Below, in pieces: positions 38,101 through 49,787 of a DNA stretch of 64,000 nt (position 1 is the first letter of the stretch; each line of letters begins with the position of its first letter). The notes under the pieces are model-generated. The model was not told the origin of the DNA, did no database searches, and saw only the letters and a program-made list of their open reading frames with translations. The stretch comes from Botryllus schlosseri (lineage: Eukaryota), in NCBI GenBank assembly GCA_051294905.1, contig CM119374.1, positions 17,856,001 to 17,920,000 on the forward strand. The letters run 5' to 3'. The position numbers and the translations under genes are program-made.

Positions 38101-41100
38101 TATAGATAGACCTGACAAAACCCATGGCGTTAATAATTTGACTTGTGATAATCAAAGTGGCTTTTGAACTAGTTTCAAGTCACACAATATCTAACATTAT
38201 TTCGGCGTGTGCAGACCTGAAAGATTTATCTCCCGTTCCTAAATATCGACAAATGTCTATCGACCAGTGTTGGATAAGAAACTGCAAAGGCTAGATTGAT
38301 ACATATTACAGCCGTGGTCCTCATCGAAACTATACCCACCCTCGAAGGTAATTCCAAGCGCTTTCGTTCTTCGTAATGATATCAATCTTTTTTATGACGT
38401 ATCTACAACAAAAGAGAAATGGAAATTAAGAAAGGGATTGACTTCATCGTTTTGAAACGATGGCGGCCAGCACATACTCTATTTCATCGTGCAGCACTTC
38501 GTCTGTAATCCCCGTCGTGTGAGTGATGACGTAGTATCGGTGATTCCAAGCGGAGTTATTGCGCATGTCTGAATCGAGGAATTTGTCGATAAACTCCAAT
38601 TCTCCGTCCCAGAGTTTGTATGACTGCATGAAATATTGTTCTCTACGTTAGCAGCTGGCAGTACTGGTTAATCGAATAGGAATAGGACGTTATATATTTT
38701 GTTGGTGTTTTTGCAGCATATATACTGACTGATATACATTATACATACACACGATATGTGCATATATATACCATGAGTGCATGATGTACTTATGCCGCTG
38801 GACCAGGAAGGTACAGATATAGCCTTGTATGGCTTTCTAAGTCTTGCACCAGCCCTCCATGCTATGAAATGCCAAGCGGGGAAACCACAGATACCAGTTT
38901 TACCGATCAGGTCATTGGTCTGACCTGACCGGGGATTTAACCCACGATCCAACGATCAAGAAGTCGGATGCTCCACCACTACGCTAAATTGTCTGTGAAA
39001 GGCAGACTCGGCAATTTTGCTGGCGTTGAAAGAGAATTGATTCTCCATCCTGCAGTGTTGGAGTAGTGATTATTGAATTATAAGGGATCATTGGCTTTGG
39101 CTACTAGGCAAAGTCCATGATCCTAACTGATCCCTTACAGCCAGAAGTGGTCAGTGATGGCGTATTTCTACTTTTTTTGAGTACTCAAGTAGGTTTGGTC
39201 TATTTACACTCCCGACTCAACAGGTTATGATTTTAAACTGCTGCCACCTTTATTGAGTATTTCTCAAGCAAAACTATCTACTTTATGCACTTACGATTCA
39301 GTGCAGTAGGAAATAGCTTCGGCGTATATTTGCATCCCTACAATTGCGGGAAACAGCCCTGTATCAAGGTACATGATGATATTTTTCAACATTGGCCTTA
39401 CGCATGGTATCAATAGTCATTTTGGGTTAGTATAAAGATGCATTTTGCGATTTCCCAAGCAGTCACTTTCACTCAACTGCTGAAAGTAGCTTATCCTTTT
39501 TTAACTACTCTCTTACAAGTAACCTACCGTATATACGTTCAGTAAGACGACAATGGTATGGGCAATTGAGCGAGAATGCGCCTCTCATAATAATACTCAT
39601 AATTGACTCGACTTGCACTCGAGTATTGCGCATGACTCGGGCCAAATCATATGATTCGAGACTCGGAGGGGGCTCGAAGAATAGTACAGTAACCATCCTA
39701 TTGGGATTTCGTCTATTGGTACGAATACTTTAAAATGCGACCAGAAACTGCTAAAAGTGAGAAAAATTAGTAGGGCCTATATTATAAATGCGAACCATTC
39801 GATATCACTTAACAGAGCTATACAAAGTGGATTTAACAATAATTTATCTGGAAGCTAAGCAGGCAACACAATGGCTTGGACTCGGGTCGTAATACCATGA
39901 CTCGGACTCGACCCTCAACTCGCAGACTTGGACTTGACTCGGTGGTGAATTGAACATGACTCGACTTGACTAGAGTAAAAACTAAGTGGGATTGACATTT
40001 GACTCGGAGCCTTGTGACTTGGTTACAACCCTACTAAAGATTCACTGACGTGTGACAACATATGACAAAAATATATAGACGTATTCAATCATATCTGTTA
40101 TATTCTCATGTTTTCTCACACAGCACACAGCACACTATTACCTTCACAACCCACTGTCTGTGCTGCCAGGCGTGATAGTTTTTCTGGTCGAGATTCAAAA
40201 TTTTAGCAGTGAACTCCAATTCTTTCGAAGGGTCATCGGTCCATTCCACCAACGCTCTTCGGTGATGCCAAACCTGAAACGACAAATCTGTTTTTCCGAC
40301 GGCTCAGTCAAAGGAATTTAACTTGAAGCAGTCTACAGGACCATGTCAGGCGCGATATCAATGTCAACTTTATGCCAAGGCATTCGCAGCTCAGCCATGG
40401 CTTCAGATCGACAAATATCAATGCGAGAGTTGAAAATTTCACATAGTTCAGGAGTTAATTCATACTTTACCAAAAAAATGATTGCGACCAAGTTGCAATG
40501 ATTGACTAGGGTGTGAAATATAACCTAAATCAATTCCTGAAATTGTTGGGATATGGTAATTCTAGGGACTCAATGTACAGTGTGGACGTGGACTTGTTTT
40601 CGCAGTAATGTTATTCATAGCACAACTACTATCAAATCTCGAAATCTAGTTATCCCATAAAATAGAGAAGCACATGACTGGACCCATCATGCCTACCAAA
40701 TCCATCCAACATTGGCCAAAGCCAAGCGCAATAGATCACGTGGGCACCAAAAGGGCCAGTGAACGTTAGGTTTTTGAGAATTGGTTAAAGGCAGTAAATT
40801 CAAATCGTTGAAGAGGTATTATCACCTGGTAATTCTTTTGTTGTTCCACAATTATATCCGCCAGAAACTTCATTTCTTTGTACATGTCTTTATTCAAATG
40901 CTTCAGAAGAACTCGCCTAAAGACATCACCCCCAAAAAGGTTGCGTTTAGTAAACACCCAAAAACCAGCTGCATGCATTAATAATATTGCAGTAGCAATA
41001 CTATTTAAAGTTGCGATGAATCATAAAGTTCTTTGCAGTGTTAAAGACTGGTAATTTTCAAGTGGTCACTTGATGATTTGAGACTAAAAAAATATATTAA

Positions 41101-41897
41101 ACAAACTAGGGTGGAAAATGGCATGGAAAATAGGAGTAAGCCATTGCACACTTTGCATTGGCAATGGAGATTTGGCGATAAATTATCTCTTTGTCTTCCA
41201 ATTTCAACATAGAATATGACAATGTTTAATGCATTACCTGTACTGCCAAACTGTATAATTTGCAGGGTTCATGCTGATTGCGCTTCGGGTCAGCTCAAGC
41301 GCTCTATCGCTTTTTTCATTAGCTTTTAATACAGCTCGGAAATACTCGAAAACATCTTTGACTGAAACGTATATAGGCTACATGTTAGCAGAACAGATAA
41401 CAGTCATTAATCAAGTTGAAGCTTCATCTTCAGTTTACAATATTTTAATACACTCAGTCAAGTGGTGCAAGTAAGCCGAACATACAAATTTACCAGAATT
41501 TACGATTCACATCAAAGTCTTGTACCAAAAAAAGTTAAATAACCAAGATCGGTAATCAGGCACAGACCAATATTGTAGGCTAACTAACATTTTTCACTGT
41601 AAGCTATCTGCACAACAGGGTGAGGTCCGTCATTTTGAGGTACAGGGACCACATCCTTCCATTCTGGCCGATCCCTGAAATATAGTTGTTGTTAAAATAA
41701 ACAATATGAATCGAGCTGTTAATGTTGCTTGAAAAATGAGCACAATAAATCAAAATATTATGTTCACTCGTGACAAAATATTGTATTGACCATGAATGGG
41801 CAATCCTTATCGGGAAGTATTTCCATCTATCACAATTCTAGTGGTATTAATCTTACCGGTAAAAAACGTATTCTTCTTCTTCCTCCGAAGAAGACAT
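35111..41897 (-). CDS. FNTA: Protein farnesyltransferase/geranylgeranyltransferase-I alpha subunit, 9 exons, ~317 aa
   Basis: Exons 41897-41857, 41674-41589, 41361-41238, 40916-40826, 40273-40142, 38623-38478, 38402-38340, 36752-36575, 35203-35111 (954 nt). Motifs [66 protein letters not shown]. Confidence 0.97.
36094..36467. mobile_element. GACTCGAGTC-rich MITE fragment in FNTA intron 8
   Basis: Starts CAGGGTTGTAACCAAGTC; similar to 58218-59903. Confidence 0.7.
37001..37984. mobile_element. hAT (Buster-like) MITE carrying a nested SINE, FNTA intron 7
   Basis: TIR CAGTGGTTCCCAACC...GGTTGGGAACCACTG; flanks GACTAAGC/GACTAGGC (7/8). Confidence 0.85.
37597..37878 (-). mobile_element. tRNA-derived SINE, family 1 copy 2
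   Basis: A box TAGCGCAGTGGT and B box GGTTCGAGTCC on the minus strand; 13-bp TSD TTGTGAACCCTGT (37584-37596, 37879-37891). Confidence 0.88.
38765..38993 (-). mobile_element. tRNA-derived SINE, family 2 (possibly MetaSINE-like core)
   Basis: Minus-strand TAGCGTAGTGGT (A box) and GGGTTAAATCCC (B box-like), then GGTCAGACCAATGAC...AAAACTGGTATCTGTGGTTTCCCCGCTTGGCA. Core assignment is from memory. Confidence 0.65.
39590..40033. mobile_element. GACTCGAGTC-rich MITE copy in FNTA intron 5
   Basis: Ends GTGACTTGGTTACAACCCTA; homologous to the other family copies. Left end approximate. Confidence 0.7.
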
Positions 41898-43169
41898 TAT
41901 TATCTTGTCCGATTGTCCGTATATATGTAATCTGTAAAATACTGTTCATTAAATACAAAGTAATGACTTCTTTTGTAACCACTGGTTACAAGTCCGTTAT
42001 TCAGAAATTTGGGCTCAATTATTTTTAACAATGACGCGCTAGAAAGGTGCTGTGCCATATACCACACCTGCTACACCACGGATCTATTCTGATGTAGTGA
42101 GAAAATATGTCATATTGCTTAGTTAAAAAGGGAGACCTTTCACCCCTTGGTTAGAGGTTTCATAGCGACCGACCTTACTTTGCCCCCGCTACACGCCCCA
42201 CGCCGATATGACACCCACTCCTTACGTGCGCGTATAAATTGTGTTCTTTTTGTGCAGGCACAGATTATGCACTGTACCGACTGCAACTGTTTGCACGCAC
42301 TGATTCTATCGTGTTCGTAGCTGTGGTTGACGTGGTCTCTTCTCTCGAGAAATATTGCCTATATTCATCAACCTTCCTCAACCAATATACCCCGATGACA
42401 GTCCAATCTAATCCTGATTCTGTGAGTGAGCACACTTTCAGATTTAACGTCGCTTGGCTAAAAAATACCGGATCCGAAAATGTCCTGTTTACAAAACCGT
42501 AATTAATGGACCGTGCAAGCATAGATTGCAGATTTCGGACGAGTACTCTATGAAAATTGCAAGGCTAAATCCAATCCTGTTGTTGAAAAACTGTTATGCC
42601 GTATTTTATGTAGCATATACTTATTGTTGATATCCTCCGGACTACAGATCACGATATCCTTTAATCGTCTTGGAAGTTATGGACAAACATGCAAAAGATT
42701 ATTAAATCCCATGAATATTATATAGACACTTACGTGACCTTTGACACGAACCAATCAGGTTGCAGCAGGATGTAAACAAAGAACAGGGCCGGGCAAGCTT
42801 ACTATGAGCTCTTATGGAAAAAGGTTGAAAAATGAAGGTTTTAAGCAAAATTGCGTTGAATTGGGGATGACTGGCCTTAATGAATAGTAATAGCGTAGAG
42901 CTAGTATGTAGTTGCAGCTTTTAATCTAGGATGAACATGAATGGTGGCAAGTACGCATCAGCGTGCTGTGTTCAAATGCATGGGTTTTTGACAACTTTTC
43001 GGATTAAGCGACGATTGTTGTATACTATACTATAGGATTGTGGTAATGCATATTTTGACGATTTCATTGGCTCCAGGTCTCGAGCGAAATTTTCAAGCAT
43101 ATCTCATGTTCAGAAATATATGCTATAAAATACAGTTGCTGGCACACATCACACTATTTTTGTGTATTG

Positions 43170-43900
43170 ATTATGAAACTTGAAAGCAATGGAGATTCTA
43201 TCGAATTTCTGGATTTGAGTGGAACAGCATCTTCTTCTAACACCGCGGAGAAAGCTACGAAGTATTTCATGGAGCGCTACGTACACGACTTGAAGATAAA
43301 GATTGAGGAGACAATCCACTCTTTGTGGAAGCAATATTCTATCTAGTGAACAGCCAATGTTATCGCAACTTGCGGAAAAGTGAGATAACACACTCAATGG
43401 AAATACACGTTTTCAGAAAAGCCATTATTGATTCGTCTTGCACTTGTGAGACAGGGTAAGTAAGGAAAAGAAATTTCTTTAGAGACTCCTGCAATAGATA
43501 TTGTAACCATGATTTATTTTCACATTAGGTTCTGATATATGCTCTCATGCAAATGCATTGATTAAGACAATCCAGCACCTGAAGCTACAAGGACTACATT
43601 GTGATTTGCATCAGCATCAGTGAGCTCGATCGTGATCGACAAGCAATCTATCGACCGTACTCGCAACCGATCAACTCCTGCCTCAAGGTAGATTTTGGTG
43701 TATCTGGTGTCTTCAGTTTTATAACATTCCACCAAACACAAATAATCCTAGAACATTTTCACCTGGAGAATTGTTCATTCAACAAATTGGGCATCTAAAT
43801 GAGCTTCAATGCAACACCACTGGAATATATATACATGCACTGTTGGTACACACTGACCACGACACCGCGCGATTACGATCCGTAGCATGCTATTAGGCAT
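43170..43900 (+). pseudogene. ISL2EU ORF2 remnant (SWIM zinc-finger region)
   Basis: KATKYFMERYVHDLKI, then SCTCETG joined across an intron to SDICSHANALIK, a CxC...CxH SWIM pattern. Boundaries approximate. Confidence 0.6.
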
Positions 43901-43959
43901 TACGATATTCACAATGGAACTGAATTTGCACAATTGCCAAATATGTTGCGTCATTTATT

Positions 43960-45320
43960 TTTAATTTTCAATCTTGAATTAGAGTATGCAATTAGTCCAT
44001 ATTTGGTTAGTTGTGATACACAGTGCTGCATAGTATGACACCGGACAAAATTTTATGCTCCTAGATTCTTCCGATCAGCTATTCAATATGAATTCGTTGT
44101 CTCGTCGTCTTTCTTTATGCGGAACAGTCTGGCTCAGGCATTTGACGGTGTGCCAAATCATGTGCAGGAATATTCAAATCTAGATTCAATTTCTTGATTT
44201 CAGACTCGGTGGTGAATCCCTTTTCTGCCATGATAGCATTGCCTGGCTCCCCATAACTGAACTCCATCATTTTCTTACATTTCTTGTCGAATCCACATAT
44301 TTAACTAATATTTCGATCTGAAATGCTCCCTGTGAATAGTTCCTGCACGAAAGTAAGTGCACCACAAACCATCAATCCTTTCAAAGTTGTATGTGATTTA
44401 TTGACAGTCAATAATCATTCTAGTTTTGAGAAATCATGAATGAATGCAAATGGTGCATTTTTAAGAACCACATATCTACATGGCCAAATTGAAATTTAAT
44501 GAAGCAGTTACATATGGTTGACCCAATGGTTTGATACTATGCTTACAGCAATACTATAAATTTGACGTCAGTAGGATAAGTCGGGCAATTCAGAAAGAAT
44601 TTAATGTAATCTAGCATAAAATATCAGCTTCTCCGCATCTTTTGACATTATGATGCTCCTCTGAGAACTGAACTTCACTAGCAATAATTGTCCGTCAATT
44701 TGTAATTTTCCTGGACGAGTTTCCTGTTTTGTGCTTCTACTTCTTCCAGAAATTTGAATTTCTTGAGTTTTATCCATCGACTTCCTGTTTCTGCAGCTTC
44801 ATAAAAGATATCCATCAAGCCTGCGCAAAATATATAATATGTTTATTTTACAGAGCAACACTGCTGTGCAGGGCTGCAGGCACCTATCAAAGCGTACTCG
44901 TCCGACTCATGCAACGTATCACCGCTACCAATTTCAACTATTCATCTCATTATTGAATATATTGCTCTCAACAATTTCAATGACACACCATCAAGCAACA
45001 AAACTGGAGTGGAATAAAACGAGACACACACCAAGTTGATTGTGGCATCAAGTGTGACTGCATTTCAGATTGGACTCATTTTGAAACGCAGAATTGTTTC
45101 ATCTAAATTATGTCACGATTCAATATTTTTGGTACAATATTAGATACCGTGTGTCATTTAATAAAATGAGAATTCCGATGACTACAAGGAAGTCCACATG
45201 CCTTTATCCAGATGTTACATTCTTCCATGCATCTTATTGGCTCTGGGAAAGGTACAAGCGCACACCAGGAACGGTCTGGGTAGCCATCTCCAAGTTACTC
45301 AGGCTATTAGCACAGTGTTT
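43960..45320 (-). pseudogene. THAP + DDE_Tnp_4 transposase remnant of ISL2EU
   Basis: CNIWIKACGLP (THAP-like, about 45200); FTGSISDRNI (about 44315-44336), NAIMAEKGF (about 44213-44240), LNIP and QRIHIE (about 44083-44100); multiple stops. Confidence 0.75.
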
Positions 45321-47759
45321 ATCCTGATTGATTCAATTATGGAATGTGACTAGTCACATTCCATAATTCAATACATGAGCTAGAACAAAAAATGACGATT
45401 TCAGCTGGGAACGGATCATATTGCCTAACATATATCATATTAATATGATCATTGAAGAGGCAGACAAGTGTCCAGTGTAACAGTAATTTGCTAAATAATA
45501 ATACAGACTGCAGACTACTATATACGATTCCATAAATAGAACGCATATAACGCCAAGCCTACATAATGAATACCCCACATATCCTGACTCAAGATTCCTC
45601 TAATACATGCTATTCGGTACGACAATCCTATAGTATACGACTAAGGATAATACAGTAATAGTTTCATCCGAAAAGTTGTCAGAAATCCATGCATTTGGAC
45701 ATACCATGCCGATGCGTGCTTGCCACCATTCATGTTTATTGTAGGTTAGAACACTGCAAATACATACTAGCTCTACGTTATTACCATTCACCAAAGCCAG
45801 CTATTCCCAATTCAATGTAATTTTGCTAAAAAATTATATTTTTCAACCCTTTTCCATAAGAGCTCATAGTAAGCTTGCCCGGCCATGTTCTTTGTTTACA
45901 TCCTGCTGCAACCTGATTGGTTCGTGTCAAAGGTCACGTAAGTGTCTATTGACATTCAGCCAAATGAGTCCATTTTGACATCCTTCGCATGGTTCGCTGG
46001 TTTCGGTCCAGTTTTACTTTGGTGAACATGGTAAACATCGCAAGTTCATAATCGTCGGTTATATAGTTGGTTGTACTGGCTGACGGTGGCTGTACTTGTG
46101 CAAGGGTGAATTTAAACTTGATCCATACTAGTAAGTTATAACCTTTTAATCTATGTAAATCATAATGTTAAAATCTCGGAAATCATCCTTTACCTTTGCC
46201 GCTTCGACCGAATACTAGTAAAACACCGCCCCATCAAGCCTTGTTTATTGCTTTATCTGATTTTCGTCGTGTCAATGTCATTGTTATTGAACTTGACCTA
46301 TTTTAGCGTGCCTAACGTTGTCGCATCGACAACCAAAATATTCAAATGTTGCGGTCAACTTAAAAAGTGAACCATGTAGATGCCTAGATGGTAAATTGGT
46401 AATCATAATCATAGCTAATCATTAAATCAAGTTTCTCCGACAATACTTTGTTTGTACTGGTCAGTTCCATTATGGAGAAATTCATCACTATGAAAAGAAA
46501 TTGCAGTCACAACGACTTGGAATAGTCTTTAGTTGACATCCACCTAGACCAACATATTTTGATGAAGCCGATGAAGGGAAAACATGTAAAATGAGGTATT
46601 GGGACTCCCTAAAAGGTAACAGATGATAACATTAAATGAACATATGTTAAATCATGTACCGGTATAGCATGTGGACATGCCCAATACATAGATTGATACG
46701 AAATCCGCCATTCTGTGTTTGTGTTGGGAATACCATTACACTAGACTTGTTGATGAACTGTGATATCAGGAATATAATATATATGCACGGTTTCTCCAAT
46801 TTGGCGTATTAGTATTTAATCGATTTAGATGTAGAGCGACACTTTACTAAGTTGCAACCTTCTGACAGCGATGTAATTTCGCAATTCATTCTAAAACATA
46901 GGGTATTATTCATTAATTGTAACTCTCCTGACCATTACAAATCTTCTTTTCTCTCGGTGATAGAAGGCCCGTAACACTTCCCTTGGTATTTTCTATTAGA
47001 TGTTACAAGATGCAATCAATTTATGCTAAATTGAGTCTCGAGAGAAGTCAAGGTCCGAATTGTGATCTAATATGTCAAGATGTAAACTGGACTATCTCCA
47101 ACGCTAGCTGTTTTTACTACAAGGGATTGTTTCATATTATCATATTTTATTATACCCGTCAATTTCACATTGTTACATTGGTGTGTTTGCGGGAGAGAGA
47201 GAGAATATATTCAAAATCAATTGTGGAATGACACACACAACAAAAAATGATCGGATGCACTACAACTAGGCCAAAATGCAGTTCATGAAGGAATTGTCAT
47301 GCAAAATGATTATTAGTTAGGAATTTATGATTAATAGAGTTACAGTAATTGGGAGATGATGCTGATGTGAAATTTTCTGGCGTTATTGGGAGTAATCAGA
47401 TCTATAGGCTATTGGGTAGGCTACTCAGTGTAATAGAGAACATAACATTTGGTATGAGAACTACAATTATGAAAGTAATATACGACAGTCCGAGCTACAC
47501 AAAAAGTGACGCTGACGATTGTGGTGTAAACATACGCCTGGTACTGTGAAGCATCCGATTATAAACTGCTCAGGAGCAATTCCAGATCTTTTGCAAATGA
47601 TAATGAAATATCTTACATGGTTTTTCAGGCAAGAACAATTCTATAATTGTATGATGAAACAAGAGTGCTTATAAATCATATTTTTCACCTTCCACCTATC
47701 AAAAGTTTTGTAGCTAAAATAAACCTGAAATATTCTGCCTGCATTTCTGGGAATACGCG

Positions 47760-48650
47760 ATGAGCGAGCCCGGGGAATTACGACACAAGTCCGATTCGTC
47801 AGACTATCACCAGCGTAGCTGCTGGGTGTGTTTCGGCACTGACGAAGACGGGGATATGAATTCCGCCTGGGTGAAACCCTGCCGATGCAAGGGAACCACC
47901 ATGTGGGTGCACCACACCTGTCTCATGCGGTGGATTGACGAAAAGCAAAAAGGACATTCCTTCAACAAAGTCAACTGCCCGCAGTGTAACACCGAATACG
48001 TCATCGTGTTCCCTCCGTTTGGGAAGCTTGCGAAAGCTATCCAATACATTGACCATTTGGTGTATAAAGCATCACCGATTGCCGCCACTGGTGTGCTTTT
48101 GGGTTCTCTGTACTGGAGCGCGGTCACGTACGGAGCCATCACTGTAATGCAAGTGTTAGGTCACAAAGAAGGACTAGATATGATGGAGCGGGCCGATCCC
48201 TTGTTTTTACTTGTGGGCCTTCCCATGATCCCGGTTGTTTTGATTCTGGGTAAAATGATACAGTGGGACGATCATCTCCTGAAATTTTACAACAGGCACG
48301 TTCACAAGTTGTACGCGCTTAAAACTTTTTTCTCGGGCAGTACGATGCCCAGGTCGATTCAAACCATTTTGCCGCCCGTCCCAGTCCAAGCTCGACAAAC
48401 TAGGGAGATAAAATTCACAAGGGTCCTGTGCGGCGCTTTGATATTTCCAACTGTAGCCACGCTATTCGGAAAGCTGTTATTTCACAGCGTCAAGTCCAAT
48501 TTGCGCCGTAGCGTTTTAGGGGGTATGTCATTCGTATTCCTGAAGGGGATCTTTAATATCTACTTGAAATTTCAAGTGCAGAGCAAGCTCGGGCAAAGGC
48601 AGATTAAAGATTATATCGCCGAGGATGATGATGATTCTGATGACCCATGA
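47760..48650 (+). CDS. MARCHF5: Mitochondrial RING-CH E3 ubiquitin ligase MARCH5/MITOL, single coding exon, 296 aa
   Basis: RSCWVCFGTDED...WVKPCRCKGTTMWVHHTCLMRWIDEKQKG...CPQCNTEY, followed by YWSAVTYGAITVMQVLGHKEGL, ADPLFLLVGLP, TRVLCGALIFPT and SVLGG transmembrane blocks. Confidence 0.97.
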   Translation: MSEPGELRHKSDSSDYHQRSCWVCFGTDEDGDMNSAWVKPCRCKGTTMWVHHTCLMRWIDEKQKGHSFNKVNCPQCNTEYVIVFPPFGKLAKAIQYIDHLVYKASPIAATGVLLGSLYWSAVTYGAITVMQVLGHKEGLDMMERADPLFLLVGLPMIPVVLILGKMIQWDDHLLKFYNRHVHKLYALKTFFSGSTMPRSIQTILPPVPVQARQTREIKFTRVLCGALIFPTVATLFGKLLFHSVKSNLRRSVLGGMSFVFLKGIFNIYLKFQVQSKLGQRQIKDYIAEDDDDSDDP

Positions 48651-48895
48651 ATTTTGTGCAGGCCTCTTTTGTAGGCCATTATCGTTTGTAACTTGTAAAT
48701 GCCACTGGGCACTCTTACTCTTGTTTGTTTCTTCAAAACCACAGTATCAATATGACTTGAGTCATCATCTATTTATTGTAAGTATGGAATTGGTCGATTT
48801 ATGTATGTCATTTTTGAGAGCGTGAAATTTTTCATTGATATTGGGCCCATCTCTGGAATTCAAAACATAAATCAAATGTGTAACTTCGGCTAAGC

Positions 48896-49306
48896 CAGTG
48901 GTTCCCAAACTTATTCAACCCATCGCCACTTTCTCAATCTCGACACAAATTTTCACCCCCTCCCTATATTTACGGTTCAAAAAAGAGGACGTCTAAACGG
49001 GAAATATATTCACCTAAACTCTGATTGCTGGTAAATTTACTAAAATAGGCTGTTTTTCCGAGGTGGAGGGTGCCCGGAAAACAGGTTTCCGCGTCTACTT
49101 TCCATTGAGTAGGCCTTTTTTTCGCGTCGTATGCGGGATAAGCCAAGCCGTTATCACGTGCATTTTTGGGCCGTGTTAATTAAATATACGTCATTGGACG
49201 TTTTTAAAATTTTCGCCCCCCCCATATCGCCCCTCTGGTGTTTTCGGCCCCTTGTTTCATAACATCGCCCACTGGGGGGTTGATATTGTCAACGTTGGGA
49301 ACCACA
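48896..49306. mobile_element. hAT MITE related to 25416-25784
   Basis: Starts CAGTGGTTCCCAA, ends GTTGGGAACCAC (decayed); shares ATCGCCC-rich subterminal motifs. Confidence 0.65.
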
Positions 49307-49787
49307 AGTTTAATTGTGGATTATATTGCATAACATGATGAGTGAACGAATCCTAAAACATCTAATATGAGAAATTCGATAATTTGAATGGTGTTTTTAC
49401 AATTTTATTATGTTATGTGCAATGCCCGTGTACTGTACATGTATAGCTAACTTGTTCCAGTGACGTGTTCAGGAAGGCATACAACTTGAAATTTGATGAT
49501 CATTCTGAAGTTCCAGTGGACATATATGTTAGACTTTGTACCCAACCTCACGTCATGATTACTTTTCTAGCTATTCTATCATTGATGGGTCTGTCACTTC
49601 TGTTTGTGAACTAGTAGACTTTTTGGAAATCTGTTGTTGTATATCATGAATAATTATGTTACTATATTTCATGTAGTGGTGAACGCTGATATTGAATGTA
49701 TTTGACTCTTGAAAGGCGCAAATTTAGTTCAATGATTTCTTATGGGCGATTTTTTGTTTTATTAGTGAAATTAAGTAACGATATACG

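Larger units (their letters stand above)
42724..45947. mobile_element. ISL2EU-type DNA transposon, decayed, ~330-bp TIRs
   Basis: TIR AGACACTTACGTGACCTTTGACACGAACCAATCAGGTTGCAGCAGGATG at both ends; AT on both flanks; two convergent decayed genes. Confidence 0.88.
42265..46890 (-). other. Candidate spliced gene or pseudogene with C2-domain-like segments
   Basis: Phase-consistent exons 46890-46848, 46757-46660, 46608-46544 and 46487 onward, separated by 90-, 51- and 56-bp GT-AG introns; further candidate exon about 46128-45950; terminal exon 42547-42265 with a strong acceptor. The middle could not be joined without stops. Confidence 0.42.

Noticed and set aside
47799-48398. Antisense ORFs over MARCHF5, and similar ones over FNTA, PCID2 and the transposases
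   Set aside because: Shadow frames of real coding sequence with no independent features.
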